Part shown: positions 1 to 9,493 of the stretch, piece after piece | Numbering within the stretch: the first letter of the stretch is position 1 | Layout of the letters: each line of letters opens with the position of its first letter | DNA from: Rhodospirillales bacterium | GTDB lineage: Bacteria; Pseudomonadota; Alphaproteobacteria; Rhodospirillales; UBA2165 | Length of the DNA: 64,000 nt | Assembly: GCA_965207535.1 (NCBI GenBank) | Contig: CBDBMR010000004.1 | Location: 18,788 to 82,787, forward strand | Direction of reading: 5' to 3' | Position numbers and translations under genes: made by a program | The notes under the pieces: generated by a model | What the model saw: only the letters and a program-made list of their open reading frames with translations | Told to the model about the DNA's origin: nothing | Database searches by the model: none

Positions 1-998
1 ATCTCAAACCGGTATTTGAGAAACTCGCCCGCAAGTTCGAAAACCCGCCCTGGCTGCATGTGCTGAGTCTTGATAACTCGGGGCGACGATTGACCGTCAG
101 CGTTCAATCGCCGGATCTTGTCGAAGCAATTTATCTCCTGGATGCGAATTCGTTGGAGGTCTCTCGGCTCGCGACGCGATCGATCGAACGGTCGGCGGAC
201 AAATTTGGTAAATCGGAGCGGATCAAGATTCCGGTGAGAGACGGTTCACAACTCGACGCCATCGTCACATTGCCCCGGGGTAGGGCGAAGTCGCGCGCTC
301 CCTTGGTGGTTCGATTGCACGGCGGACCATGGGCGCGATTCCTGCCCGTGTTTGATCGCACCTCACAGCTGCTCGCGGCCAATGGCTATGCGGTCATGAA
401 TTTGAACTATCGCGGATCTTCCTTCTACGGTCGGGAGTCGCAGGAAAAGGCGGCCAAAGAACTTCTCGAGACCGCGGACCGCGATATTGCCGACGTCGTC
501 GACTGGGCGAAGAAGAACCTTCCCATCGTCGATGACAGGATCGGCGTAATGGGATTTAGCTTCGGTGGATTTCTCGCGCTGCGGGCCGCTATTTCACAGC
601 CGGGACGGTTTAAGGCGGTAATCTCAACCAACGGAATGGTTGACATGAAGCAATTCTGGCTCCGACAGCAACCGATCCCCCTTGCACGAATTATGTGGAA
701 CAAATATTTGGGCCTGGGCAGCCGGTTCCCTACGAAGAGCGACCTGGAAAAATATCTGGACGCCAAATCCCCGGTTAACAATGTTACGTACACGTCAATA
801 CCGGTGCTGGTCGTTGCCGGCGCAAGAGATGCGCGGGTGTCATCCGCCGTGACTCAAAAATATGTCGAAAGGGCGGGCAGGAACGGAATGACCATCGATT
901 CCCTTGTGCTTCCTGGGGAAGGACACACGATCCGCCGACCGAAAAACTTGATTGCTTGGCACCAGCGAGTTCTCGACTTTCTAGAACAACACCTTTAG
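1..998 (+). CDS. S9-family serine peptidase (prolyl oligopeptidase / acylaminoacyl-peptidase type), C-terminal alpha/beta-hydrolase domain; 5' end lies off-window
   Basis: The frame of ORF 60..998 is open back to nt 3 with no stop, so the gene is cut by the window edge. Ser-Asp-His order is present: nucleophile elbow GFSFGG, then AGARDARV, then GEGHTI. Confidence 0.75.
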   Translation, partial: LKPVFEKLARKFENPPWLHVLSLDNSGRRLTVSVQSPDLVEAIYLLDANSLEVSRLATRSIERSADKFGKSERIKIPVRDGSQLDAIVTLPRGRAKSRAPLVVRLHGGPWARFLPVFDRTSQLLAANGYAVMNLNYRGSSFYGRESQEKAAKELLETADRDIADVVDWAKKNLPIVDDRIGVMGFSFGGFLALRAAISQPGRFKAVISTNGMVDMKQFWLRQQPIPLARIMWNKYLGLGSRFPTKSDLEKYLDAKSPVNNVTYTSIPVLVVAGARDARVSSAVTQKYVERAGRNGMTIDSLVLPGEGHTIRRPKNLIAWHQRVLDFLEQHL

Positions 999-1085
999 CC
1001 GTAGCTCAATCCCGGGTCCGGGATTATTCAACTGTCGAATGAAAATAGAGAGTTCGTCGGAGGAAGTGATTCACCGGCGGATCGC

Positions 1086-1889
1086 ATGATAGTTCATGGG
1101 CATGTGATGATGATTTTCGATGCGGCGTCAAAAAATCATTTGCCTTGCGGGGTGCGCGAGGTGCGTAATTGGCAATTACCACATTTAAGGCGGGTGAAGT
1201 TTGAATGGCCGCCTACCCGGCTCTTGAACAAAATCCATGCGCTGCATAACCGTCACGGGATCAAGCTGAAGAAGGAAAGCCTGTCCAGCAAGCGCCGCCT
1301 GATGGCGCTCGACATCGGCCGGTTCTCCGCCCTCGAGCAGGTCGAGCTCAAGGTGGTGCGCGACCAGGCCCTGGGCCTGACCGAGTCGGTCGCCGAACTG
1401 GACCGGGAGATCGAGCGCGCCGCCGGCGCCATGGACGGCTACGACAGCCTGGTCAGCATCAAGGGTATCGGTCCGCGTGCGGCCGCGGTCTTCCTGTCCG
1501 GCATCGGCGACGTCAACGACTTCGAGAGCGCCGACAAGCTGGCCGCCTATCTCGGCATCGTGCCCAGGGTCAGTCAATCGAACGAGTCGGTCAATTCGCG
1601 AAGCGAAATGATCTTAACCGACAACCGGGGGCGGATCACCAAGCGGGGCAACAAGCTGGTGCGCACCACGCTGGTGCAATGCACGCTGATCGCGATCCGC
1701 TACTCCGGCTATCTCAATGCCTTCTACCGCCGCATCAAGGAGCGGCGGGGCGCCGGCAAGGCGATCATCGCCACCGCCCGGAAGCTGCTCAAAATCATCT
1801 ACGACACGCTGAAAAACGGCTGGGTCTTCGAAGACTTTCCAAACTTCAAGAGACAGCAGGAACCCGTTTCCGCTGGACAACCATTATAG
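1086..1889 (+). pseudogene. IS110-family transposase, 5'-truncated remnant (C-terminal half only; the N-terminal DEDD/RuvC-like domain is missing)
   Basis: From about nt 1205 the ORF reads TRLLNKIHALHNRHGI...GIGPRAAAVFLSGIGDVNDFESADKLAAYLGIVPR...RITKRGNKLVRTTLVQ...AIIATARKLLKIIYDTLKNG, the conserved C-terminal half of IS110/IS116/IS902 transposases. The first ~40 codons are unrelated lower-GC sequence. It carries an in-frame ~12-codon insert (repeat 1584..1622). Confidence 0.8.
1584..1622 (+). repeat. Copy 1 of a ~38-nt direct repeat, inside the IS110 remnant ORF
   Basis: GAGTCGGTCAATTCGCGAAGCGAAATGATCTTAACCGAC compared with 1929..1966 GAGTCGGTCAATTCGGGACGAAATGACCTTAATTGATG. The first 15 nt are identical and about 31 of 38 aligned positions match, with two small indels. 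Confidence 0.8.
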
Positions 1890-1928
1890 GAGGTTTTGGA
1901 TGCGTCGGACGGAGTTGTTACAGGGACT

Positions 1929-1966
1929 GAGTCGGTCAATTCGGGACGAAATGACCTTAATTGATG
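1929..1966 (+). repeat. Copy 2 of the ~38-nt direct repeat, at the junction between the IS110 remnant and the truncated relaxase
   Basis: See copy 1. This copy lies 40 nt after the transposase stop codon and ends 5 nt before the first codon of the relaxase ORF. Confidence 0.8.
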
Positions 1967-1970
1967 AAGT

Positions 1971-4781
1971 TTGAAGAGGTTTACGGGCGCACCTGTCGCG
2001 GTGCGCTGGATCAAACGCCTCGGCAAGCGCGGCAAGGAGGGCGAGATCCATCACCGCCCCGGCCGCGACCTGGCCTTCAGCGCGCCCAAGAGCGTGTCCC
2101 TGGCCGCCCTGGTCGGCGGCGACGGGCGCATCGTCGAGGCGCATGACCGCGCCGTGGCGGGGGCGCTCGACTGGTTCGAGCGGAACGCCGCCGAGACCCG
2201 GATGCGGGACCCGGTACAGGGGCGCATGGTCCGGGCGGGCAACCAGAAGACGGTGATCGCCACCTTCCGCCACGACACGTCGCGGAACCTCGATCCCGCG
2301 CTGCACACCCATTCGGTGATCGCCAACATGGTGCAAGGCGAGGACGGCAAGTGGCGGACCATGGCCAACGAGCGGCTCTATGCCTCGAAGATGGCGCTGG
2401 GGGCGCTCTACCGCAACGCGCTGGCGGGCGAGCTCGGGAAGCTCGGCTACGCCATAGAGAAGACCCATGCCGACGGCCGGTTCGAGATCGCCGGTGTCTC
2501 GCGGGACATCGTGGAAGCCTTCTCCACGCGGCGGGCCGAAATCGAGGCGGCCATGGAGAGCCGGGGTCTGGGCACGACGGGTGAGAACCCGCACCTCGCC
2601 CGGCGCGCGGCGCTGATGACCCGGGCGGCCAAGCGCGAGGTGGACCGCGATGAACTGCGCGAGACCTGGGAGAAGCAGGCCGCCGCCCTCGGCTTCGACG
2701 CCAAGGGGCTGGTCGCGGAGGCGGTGGAGCGGGAATCGGCCGGTATGGCCCCACGGCGCAGCCTCGATGGGACCCTCGGGCCGACGAACGGCAGGACCCA
2801 TGACGGCCCCGGCGCCGCCGGCCGGGACGGAGCACCGGCGGCGGCGCGCCAGCCGGACCTGTTCGAGCACGCCGCGAAGGCGGACCCCGCGCGAACGGCG
2901 ATGGACTGGGCATTGGCCCATCTCTCGGAGCGCGATGCGGTGTTTTCCGATACCGGCCTGTTCGCGGCCGCGCTCGCCTTTGACCCCGGTTCGGCATCCA
3001 TCGGCGCCATCGAGCGGGCGGTGGAAGAGCTCAAGCGCGATGGCCGGCTGCACGATGCGCCGGGGCTGGCGGGCGGCGGCGGATTGACCACCGACAGGGC
3101 GCTGGCCGGGGAGCGGGAGACGGTCGCGCTGATGCGGAGCGGCGAACGGCGCGGCAAGGCACCCATGCGGGGCTGGATGGTGGAGCGGCACCTGCGCAAG
3201 GGACCGCTCACTGCCGGGCAGAAACAGGCGGTCAAGCTCATCCTGACCGAAAAGGACAGAACGGTGGGCGTCCAGGGCTACGCGGGCACGGGGAAGACGA
3301 AGATGCTGGCGCGTGCGAGGACGCTCGCCGGGAAGAAGGGCTGGCGCATGGTGGGCTTGGCGCCCTCGGCCTCGGCCGCGCGCACGCTCAACCAGGAATC
3401 CGGTATCGGTTCGGAGACCCTGCAACGCTTCCTCGCCCGCAACGCGGGCGTCGCCGAGGGCAGGCTGACCAGGAGGGGCGCGAAGGAAATGCGCAAGGCG
3501 TTCGCGAAGACCGTGCTGGTGGTCGACGAGGGCTCTCTCACATCCACCGTCCAGGCCCGCGACCTGCTCAGGATCGCGGGCGAACTGCGCATCCCGAAGC
3601 TGGTGCTGGTGGGGGATTCCAAACAGCTCGACGCGGTGGATGCCGGCAAGCCCTTCGCCCAGCTTCAGCAGGCGGGCATGAAGATGGCGGTGATGGACGA
3701 GATCCTGCGCCAGCGCGATCCCGGCCTGAAGGCGGCCGTGGAGGCGAGCCTCGCGGGTGAGATCGGCAAGGCATTCGACAGGCTCGGCGCCAATGTGGCC
3801 GAGGTCAAGGCCGACAACATCGCGGGCGCGGTGGCGGCAAGGTGGCTCAGGCTCTCCCCGGAGATGCGCGAGCACACCGGGGTGATGGCCCCGAGCCACG
3901 CGCTGCGGGAAGGCATCAACGGCCATATCCGCGAGCGCCTGGTGCGCGAGGGCCGTATTACCGGCCCCGTCCTGGAGACCTCGCGCCTGGTCTCGAAGGG
4001 CTACACCAACGCCGAGAAGTCGCTCGCGGCCAACTATGCACCGGGCGACGTGGTCGCGTTCCACCGTCCCTACAAACGGATCGGCGCCGCCAACGGCGAG
4101 GAGCGCCGGGTCGCCGGCGTCGACCGCAAGGAGGGAACCGTGCTGCTCGAAGCCCCGGGCGGCGGCACCGTCGCCTGGAAGCCGTCGGAGATCGGCGGGC
4201 GGCGGGGCGGAACGGAGGTCTACCGCCGCGAGAGCATGGAGCTTCGCGCCGGCGACCGCATCCGCTGGACCCGCAACGACAAGGGGCTCGGGCTGGTCAA
4301 CAGCGGGACCGCCGAAGTCATGGGCATCCGGAACGGCCGGGTGACGTTTCGGCTGGAGGACGGGCGCAGGCTCACGCTGACCCCGGGCGATCCGCAGCTT
4401 CGCCATCTGGACCATGCCTGGTGCTCGACCGTGCATGCGTTCCAGGGCCGCACGGTCGACAATGTTATTGCTGCGATGGAGGCGAACCATCCGGCATTGA
4501 CCACGCAGAAAGCGTTATACGTGGAAATCTCACGCGCCCGCGACCGGGCGGAGCTCGTGACCGACGACGCGCAGGCGCTCAAGGAACGCCTTGAAGCGGT
4601 CACGGGGATGCGCCTCTCGGCGCTGGAAGGCATCGGCGAGGACGTAAGCAGGGCGGGCGAGCGCGACGAAAGGGCCGCCCGGGAGAAGACGGAGCCGTCG
4701 AGGGACAGGATCGCACGCTCGACGCCGGAGCCCGAGCCAGCGGCGAAGACGAAGGTGCGCGAGATGAACCTCGGATTATAA
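1971..4781 (+). pseudogene. MOBF-type conjugative relaxase-helicase (TrwC/TraI/TraA-like), N-terminally truncated
   Basis: RDLAFSAPKSVSLAALVGGD and the His triad FRHDTSRNLDPALHTHSVIANM indicate a TrwC relaxase fold. RecD-like helicase motifs follow: Walker A GVQGYAGTGKT, Walker B VLVVDEGS, and C-terminal STVHAFQGRTVDNVI. The ~60-70 N-terminal residues that carry the catalytic Tyr in TrwC-type relaxases are absent. Confidence 0.8.
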
Positions 4782-5169
4782 GCAAGGCGCCTGGCGCGTC
4801 TTCCGGCGTGGAATTGTTGATGCGGTTCACAATCCAGTCCCCTGGGTGTATCACTACGAGGGTAAAATGCAGCGGCGCAAACTGCGTTACAGTCGGGTGC
4901 GCGATCCCATTGCGCGAATGCGCCGGGCAGATTGGCGAGGGAGAACGAGGTTTGCCGGAATTCGTCGCGGACAATGCTTCTTGTACTGCCAACACACAGT
5001 CGAACGCCGACAATGCACTTCAGCCGGCGGTCAAGGATTTTGAGCAGGCGGCCGCGGCATTCGCCGGGGATCGGGAACCCGAGTGTGGTGAGTGGATCAG
5101 GCACGTCACCGATTCCTGGATGGCTGTACGTCGAACCGCCAACAGACCTGCCGAAATTGGGAGGACGCA

Positions 5170-5391
5170 ATGACCAGACACATGACCGCGATCGTTGAAC
5201 GCGAAGACGAGGGCTATGTGGCGCTCTGCCCCGAGGTCGATATAGCAAGTCAGGGCGCGAGCGTGACGGAAGCGCGCGAGAACCTCGCCGAGGCGCTCGC
5301 GCTGTTTTTCGAGACGGCGGCTGGCGAGGAAATCGACCGGAGGCTGCGCGGCGAGGTCTACGTGACCCAGATTGAGGTGGCGGTTGGCTAA
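5170..5391 (+). CDS. hicB: HicB-family antitoxin (UPF0150-type, short form)
   Basis: ATG at 5170 is preceded by GGGAGGA. MTAIVEREDEGYVALCPEVDIASQGASVTEARENLAEALALFFE matches the HicB N-terminal fold pattern. It overlaps the start of the downstream hicA. Confidence 0.7.
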   Translation: MTRHMTAIVEREDEGYVALCPEVDIASQGASVTEARENLAEALALFFETAAGEEIDRRLRGEVYVTQIEVAVG

Positions 5392-5611
5392 GTTGCGTGT
5401 CTTGTCAGGACGCGAGGCCTGCCGGATTCTCGCCGCTCACGGCTTCGTCGAAGTCCGAAGACGCGGCAGTCACATCGCGATGCAGAAGGCTGTGGGTGAC
5501 GGCACGGTGACGGTTCCGGTGCCGGATCATCGGGAACTGCGCACCGGCACGCTGTTGTCGATCATCCGCCAGTCGGGCGTCCCGCGTTCGGCGTTTGAAG
5601 GAAAATCGTGA
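5384..5611 (+). CDS. hicA: HicA-family mRNA-interferase toxin
   Basis: LSGREACRILAAHGFVEVRRRGSHIAMQK...VTVPVPDHRELRTGTLLSIIRQSG is the YcfA/HicA pattern with its conserved His. The start is uncertain: TTG at 5384 follows GAGGT, and TTG at 5372 is an alternative. It overlaps the hicB stop codon. Confidence 0.7.
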   Translation: MAKLRVLSGREACRILAAHGFVEVRRRGSHIAMQKAVGDGTVTVPVPDHRELRTGTLLSIIRQSGVPRSAFEGKS

Positions 5612-5630
5612 GCGCGTCCGGTAAATGTCT

Positions 5631-6017
5631 TCACGCTGAATCCTCGCCCAGGGCCTCCGCCATCGTCTTGCGCCCATCGTTGAGGATGTCCTCAAGCTCC
5701 TGCTTGCGCTCTTCGCGGAGCAATTCCTGACCGCGGAGCGTGGCCAGCAGGTAGACGCCGCGGTAGATGTCCTCGATCAGCGAGAGATAACCGGGCGGGA
5801 TCGCGTCCTCGTCGGGCCTGTCGAGACGCTCCTCGGCGGCGGCGAGGGTCGCGGAACGGACGAGCTGGCTGGCCGGGATCCCCTGGCGCAGGGCCGCGTC
5901 CTCGACCAGTTGCCACTCCGAATCGGAGAACCGGATGGTGCGCGAGCGGCGGAAGTCGCCCGCACGGTCTTCGGATTCGTTCGGCTTCTCGTGAGATTTG
6001 CGAGGGTTTCGTGCCAT
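5631..6017 (-). CDS. Ribbon-helix-helix protein, MobC/CopG-like (orphan relaxosome accessory protein or regulator)
   Basis: The ATG at 6017 has SD AAGGAG upstream; the longer ORF back to 6272 was rejected. RTIRFSDSEWQLVEDAALRQGIPASQLVRSATLAAA fits a beta-strand plus two helices, as in RHH proteins. Confidence 0.55.
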   Translation of the reverse strand: MARNPRKSHEKPNESEDRAGDFRRSRTIRFSDSEWQLVEDAALRQGIPASQLVRSATLAAAEERLDRPDEDAIPPGYLSLIEDIYRGVYLLATLRGQELLREERKQELEDILNDGRKTMAEALGEDSA

Positions 6018-6654
6018 GTGGTTGCTCCTTTTCAGCCCCGCCAAGGTCCGGCGCGGGCCGAAATCATTTCCGAATCCAGACCGCTTGTCCCGCTTCCGGT
6101 CGAGAATCCGCAGGGTCATCGAGGCCGTCGCGGCCCTGCACCGCCTCCCGGCCAACGGTATGGCCGATCCTCCGGAGAGGGTGAAGATCGTGCCCGAACG
6201 GGGTGTGCGGGCGGGCCGATCCGGCCGGTTCCGGCGAACACAATTCGTGTTCTCAGCGTATTGCATCGCCATGCGCCAGGCAATCGGTCGGCGAAAGAAT
6301 ATGCTTCGATCATCCTGTATGGCCGCCAGGCGTCGCCAAGGGGCGCCAAGCGTACCGGCACGAATGTGTTTAGGGCGACATGCACTCGATCCGCAATGCT
6401 CGAATCGTCTTCAGTCGTCACCGGGGGTGCTGGAGCGCACTCCAGGGTATTCAAGGGTAGGTGTTGGCGGGCCTTGCAGCCTGCTGCGTCAGGTGTGAGA
6501 ACCAAACGCCGAAAGGCGTCCCGATTATACTTCCTAACCGCACAACCCGTCGGGCCATGAAAGCCGTTGTGCCAACGGCATTTAGCCCGAGCGGCGCTTG
6601 AGCGGCAGCGCCCGCCGCGCACTTGCGGAGACAGCCTCCGAACCGCCGCGCGGC

Positions 6655-6703
6655 TTCCGGGCGGCACTATAGGAAGCAGGAGGTAACATGGCAATGCACG
6701 GAA
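6655..6703 (+). promoter_or_regulatory. Conserved leader motif, copy 1 (TTCCGGGCG..TAGGAAGCAGGAGGTRAC-N4-CAATGCASGGA)
   Basis: ttccgggcggcactataggaagcaggaggtaacatggcaatgcacgga compared with 19416..19463 ttccgggcgatagtgtaggaagcaggaggtgacggatcaatgcagggagg. Both contain the SD AGGAGGT 9 nt upstream of an ATG. Confidence 0.6.
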
Positions 6704-6976
6704 TCCTGGGCACCGTCGCCGGTCTTCACACATGGCGCACCGGGCCCGCAGGCGTTCCCTCAGCGCACACGCGCCGTCGCACATGTTCCGGAGATCAGGG
6801 AGGCGCTGTACATATGTTGCCGCTGCGCACGGGCGGATGATGAAGGTGTTGCTGATCATGGCGATGGATTCTCCTTTCTCCGATGCGGCGCTGTCCGTGC
6901 CGCCGCACCGGATGGTGACGGCAGGAATGAACGGGCCGCGCCGTAGCAACGACGCGGCCCCTCGATGCGGTTCGGA

Positions 6977-7909
6977 TTACGCGGCGGCCTTCATGACGGG
7001 GATGCCGCGCTGCCGGGCCTTGTCGATCAGGTTCTCGGTGATACCGCTGCCGGGGAAGGCGATGACGCCCTTGGGCAGGAGGTTGAGCAGTTCGTCGTTG
7101 CGGCGGAACGGGGCAGCGCGCCCGTGGCGGTTCCAATCGGGCTTGCACACCACTTGGTGGATGCCGTTCGTCTCGGCCCACTTCGCGGCGATCTTCTCGA
7201 CGCCGGGGCCGCCGCCGTGGACCAGCACCATGTCGGCATACTTGGCCCGCGCCTTGTCGAGGTTGCGGATGACGGTGCCCGCGTCGGCGACGATCTTGCC
7301 GCCGGCGACGGCGACCAGGGTGCCGGCGGGCAGGTGCGCCCGGGTCTCGCGGTCTTTACGCGCCCGGATGAAATCGCGGGCGTCGATGGCGGCGGAGGTG
7401 AGCGCGCCGGTCCGGCTGGTGTGGCTGCCGTGCCGGGGCCGCCAGGTGTTGCCGGTCACGGCGCGGTACTGTTCGGCGGCCGCGTCGCGCAGGGTCTCGA
7501 AAGCGTCGCGGCGGTCGCCGAGGTTGCGCGCTCGGTCCGTCAGCAGTTCCAGCTCGTGGGCCTTCACTTCGCTGCCGTCCTGCGCGGTCTGGAGATCGCG
7601 AATCTCCGGGGCGAGCCGGTCGACGGCGCGGTCGAGCCGCTGGGTCTGGGCGTGCAGCATGTTGACGAACCCCCACAGCATCTGTTCGCGTTCGTCGGCG
7701 ATCTGGAACCCGTCGGGGCAGACGCCCTGGGCGATGATGCGGAAGGCATCCTCGACGGCGCCAGTGGCATCGTCTTCGTCCCAGACCTCGCGGGTATCGG
7801 TCTCGCCGCGCTCGGGCGCCGCGCCGTAGAGGGCGGCGTTCTCGCAGACGGTTGCGGTCATGGACTGCGCTTCGGTGTCGATGGGGTATACGTTCTCGAT
7901 GATGTTCAT
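6977..7909 (-). CDS. DUF2493 (SLOG/YspA-like) domain protein typical of conjugative-element backbones
   Basis: SD AGGAGA lies upstream of the ATG. The C-terminal MVLVHGGGPGVEKIAAKWAETNGIHQVVCKPDW...RNDELL...VIAFPGSGITENLIDKARQRGIPV is a Rossmann-like SLOG pattern. Confidence 0.7.
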   Translation of the reverse strand: MNIIENVYPIDTEAQSMTATVCENAALYGAAPERGETDTREVWDEDDATGAVEDAFRIIAQGVCPDGFQIADEREQMLWGFVNMLHAQTQRLDRAVDRLAPEIRDLQTAQDGSEVKAHELELLTDRARNLGDRRDAFETLRDAAAEQYRAVTGNTWRPRHGSHTSRTGALTSAAIDARDFIRARKDRETRAHLPAGTLVAVAGGKIVADAGTVIRNLDKARAKYADMVLVHGGGPGVEKIAAKWAETNGIHQVVCKPDWNRHGRAAPFRRNDELLNLLPKGVIAFPGSGITENLIDKARQRGIPVMKAAA

Positions 7910-8032
7910 AACGGTCTCCTGTTGCGTCCACCGGAGCGTTGCGCGCCGATGTGATGTCTCTTTGGCTTACGCGCGCGCAGGGGAAGCACCTGGCCTTACG
8001 GGGTCTTGGGGCGGGGTGGTGCGGAAAGCCGC

Positions 8033-8090
8033 CGATCTTGGTGCGGAAGATCGCCTTTGATCTTCACGGTCGGCGGCTTTCACGGCCCGC
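8033..8090. repeat. Extended imperfect hairpin (12-bp outer stem plus 7-bp inner stem) in a 380-bp intergenic gap
   Basis: GAAAGCCGCCGA (8033-8044) pairs with TCGGCGGCTTTC (8079-8090). Inner stem: GAAGATC (8055-8061) pairs with GATCTTC (8068-8074). No U-tract follows on either strand. Confidence 0.7.
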
Positions 8091-8293
8091 CCCTAGACCT
8101 CGTTGGGCCGGGCCGCAGGGCGTCTTCGCCCGGAGGACCCCGCAGGGGTTGCTGGACCGAGCACGTGTGGGACAATGAGACAACACAGTGGCCAGCTTTT
8201 TCCTTGCCGCCCGCACGGCCCCATGGGCGGTTCGGCTCGTACGGCGTTGCCCGTCCGGGCAGAGATCGTGCCGCCCACCGCCAACGCCGGCGG

Positions 8294-8515
8294 CTACCGA
8301 AACGGGTGGGTGTCCACCATCGACGTAACCACCTCACATATGCGTCCACGCTCGTGGATGCGGCGGAAGCCTCGCGGGTCCTCGTCGAGGTGGGCGACAT
8401 AGGTCACGCCGCCGCCGGGCACGTCGCTCTGGCGATAGAGATAGCCCACGGGCTCACCGTCGGCCATGATTAGCGCTTCGTTCTCGCCGGTGCGTCTAAA
8501 GGCGATGTCGGTCAT
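8294..8515 (-). CDS. Small hypothetical protein (73 aa)
   Basis: Only the last 73 codons of ORF 8294..9361 look coding. The ATG at 8515 is preceded by GGGAGA. Sequence: MTDIAFRRTGENEALIMADGEPVGYLYRQ... Confidence 0.5.
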   Translation of the reverse strand: MTDIAFRRTGENEALIMADGEPVGYLYRQSDVPGGGVTYVAHLDEDPRGFRRIHERGRICEVVTSMVDTHPFR

Positions 8516-8667
8516 ATCGGTCTCCCTGGTGATCGGATGAGGCGGCGCGGACCCTCGGTCCCGCCGCCGGGTTCGCTGGGCGCGGGTTCGGCTGCATGAG
8601 AACGGGGCGACCCCCTGCCGAAGCCCGGCAAGGGATCGCCCCGCGAGATGTGGGTCGGGATGGGCCG

Positions 8668-9144
8668 CTAGAACGGTATCCCGTCCGTGCCGGTATCGCC
8701 GGCCTGGGCCGGGGCGTCCGCGGCCGGGCTGTCCGAACCGCTCACGGGCGCCTCGTTCCCGGCCTCGGCCGCCGCGCCGCTGCCGTTTGCCCCGTTCGAC
8801 TTGTCGAGGAACTGGATTCGCGAGCCGGGGACCAGCAGGATCTCGGTCGAGAACCGGTCGGTGTCCTCTCCGTCCTTGCGCCAGCGCCGCGTCTGCATTT
8901 TGCCCGCGACGTAGACCAACCGGCCCTTCCGGGCGTTCTTCTCCAGCATGTCGACCAGGCCGGACTGGAACGTGACGGCGCGGTGCCACTCGGTCCTGTC
9001 GATGCGCTCCCCGTTCTTGTCGATGTAGCTCTCGTCGGTGGCGATGCTGAGGTTGGCCACGCGGCCCCCCGACACCAGGTTGTTGACCGTGACGTCGGCG
9101 CCGAGGCGGCCGATGACTTCCGCGCGATTCAATCCGAAGCTCAT
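8668..9144 (-). CDS. ssb: Single-stranded DNA-binding protein
   Basis: The ATG at 9144 is preceded by GAGGAG. OB-fold N-domain: LNRAEVIGRLGADVTV...TEWHRAVTF...GRLVYVAGKMQTRRW. It has a Gly/Ala/Ser-rich linker and an acidic tail ending DGIPF. Confidence 0.9.
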   Translation of the reverse strand: MSFGLNRAEVIGRLGADVTVNNLVSGGRVANLSIATDESYIDKNGERIDRTEWHRAVTFQSGLVDMLEKNARKGRLVYVAGKMQTRRWRKDGEDTDRFSTEILLVPGSRIQFLDKSNGANGSGAAAEAGNEAPVSGSDSPAADAPAQAGDTGTDGIPF

Positions 9145-9245
9145 AATCTTGCTCCTCATGCTCTCGTTGATGACGATGGGTTCCGAACGGCCGGGGCCGG
9201 AACCTCTCTCCAGCCCCTTCCGCCCGCTTTCTTCCCGCTTTTCTC

Positions 9246-9377
9246 TCACTCTCCTTCACCGCCGGGGGGTGCGAGGACCTCGCGGACGGCCCGGGGGTCG
9301 AGCCCCGCCTCGGCCAGCAGCTCACCGCCGGCGGGAATGTCGTGGCCGGTATCGGCGTCATGATCGAAGTCGAACAT
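9246..9377 (-). CDS. Possible 43-aa acidic small protein (below the ORF-track length cutoff)
   Basis: My own translation: TAAAAGGAGATAGCG-ATG then MFDFDHDADTGHDIPAGGELLAEAGLDPRAVREVLAPPGGEGE, stop at 9246. It has a strong SD and sits between the zinc-ribbon gene and ssb. Confidence 0.4.
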   Translation of the reverse strand: MFDFDHDADTGHDIPAGGELLAEAGLDPRAVREVLAPPGGEGE

Positions 9378-9493
9378 CGCTATCTCCTTTTAGCGGCGCC
9401 CGGGGATCGGACCGTGAGACCCTCTCTCCCGACCCTCCCGGGCATTCGCCTGGAAACCGCTTTCCTCCACCTCCCGCGCGGGCCCCCGGCGGT

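Noticed and set aside
1884-4490. 868-aa ORF on the minus strand
   Set aside because: It is antisense to the motif-rich relaxase-helicase. Its Arg/Ala/Gly/Pro-dominated low-complexity composition is typical of spurious antisense frames in high-GC DNA.
6018-6272. Longer version of the RHH gene (ORF 5631..6272)
   Set aside because: The upstream 85 codons are Arg-rich with no SD. The internal ATG at 6017 has a perfect AAGGAG and gives a typical RHH-sized protein.
6116-6949. 277-aa minus-strand ORF and a 50-aa plus-strand ORF (6688..6840) with a strong SD
   Set aside because: Both are Cys/Arg/Pro-rich, overlap each other and have no recognisable motif. The region is reported as unexplained rather than annotated.
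8516-9361. Upstream 282 codons of ORF 8294..9361
   Set aside because: This Arg/Pro/Gly-rich frame overlaps the well-supported ssb gene in another frame. Only the final 73 codons, which have their own SD and ATG, look coding.
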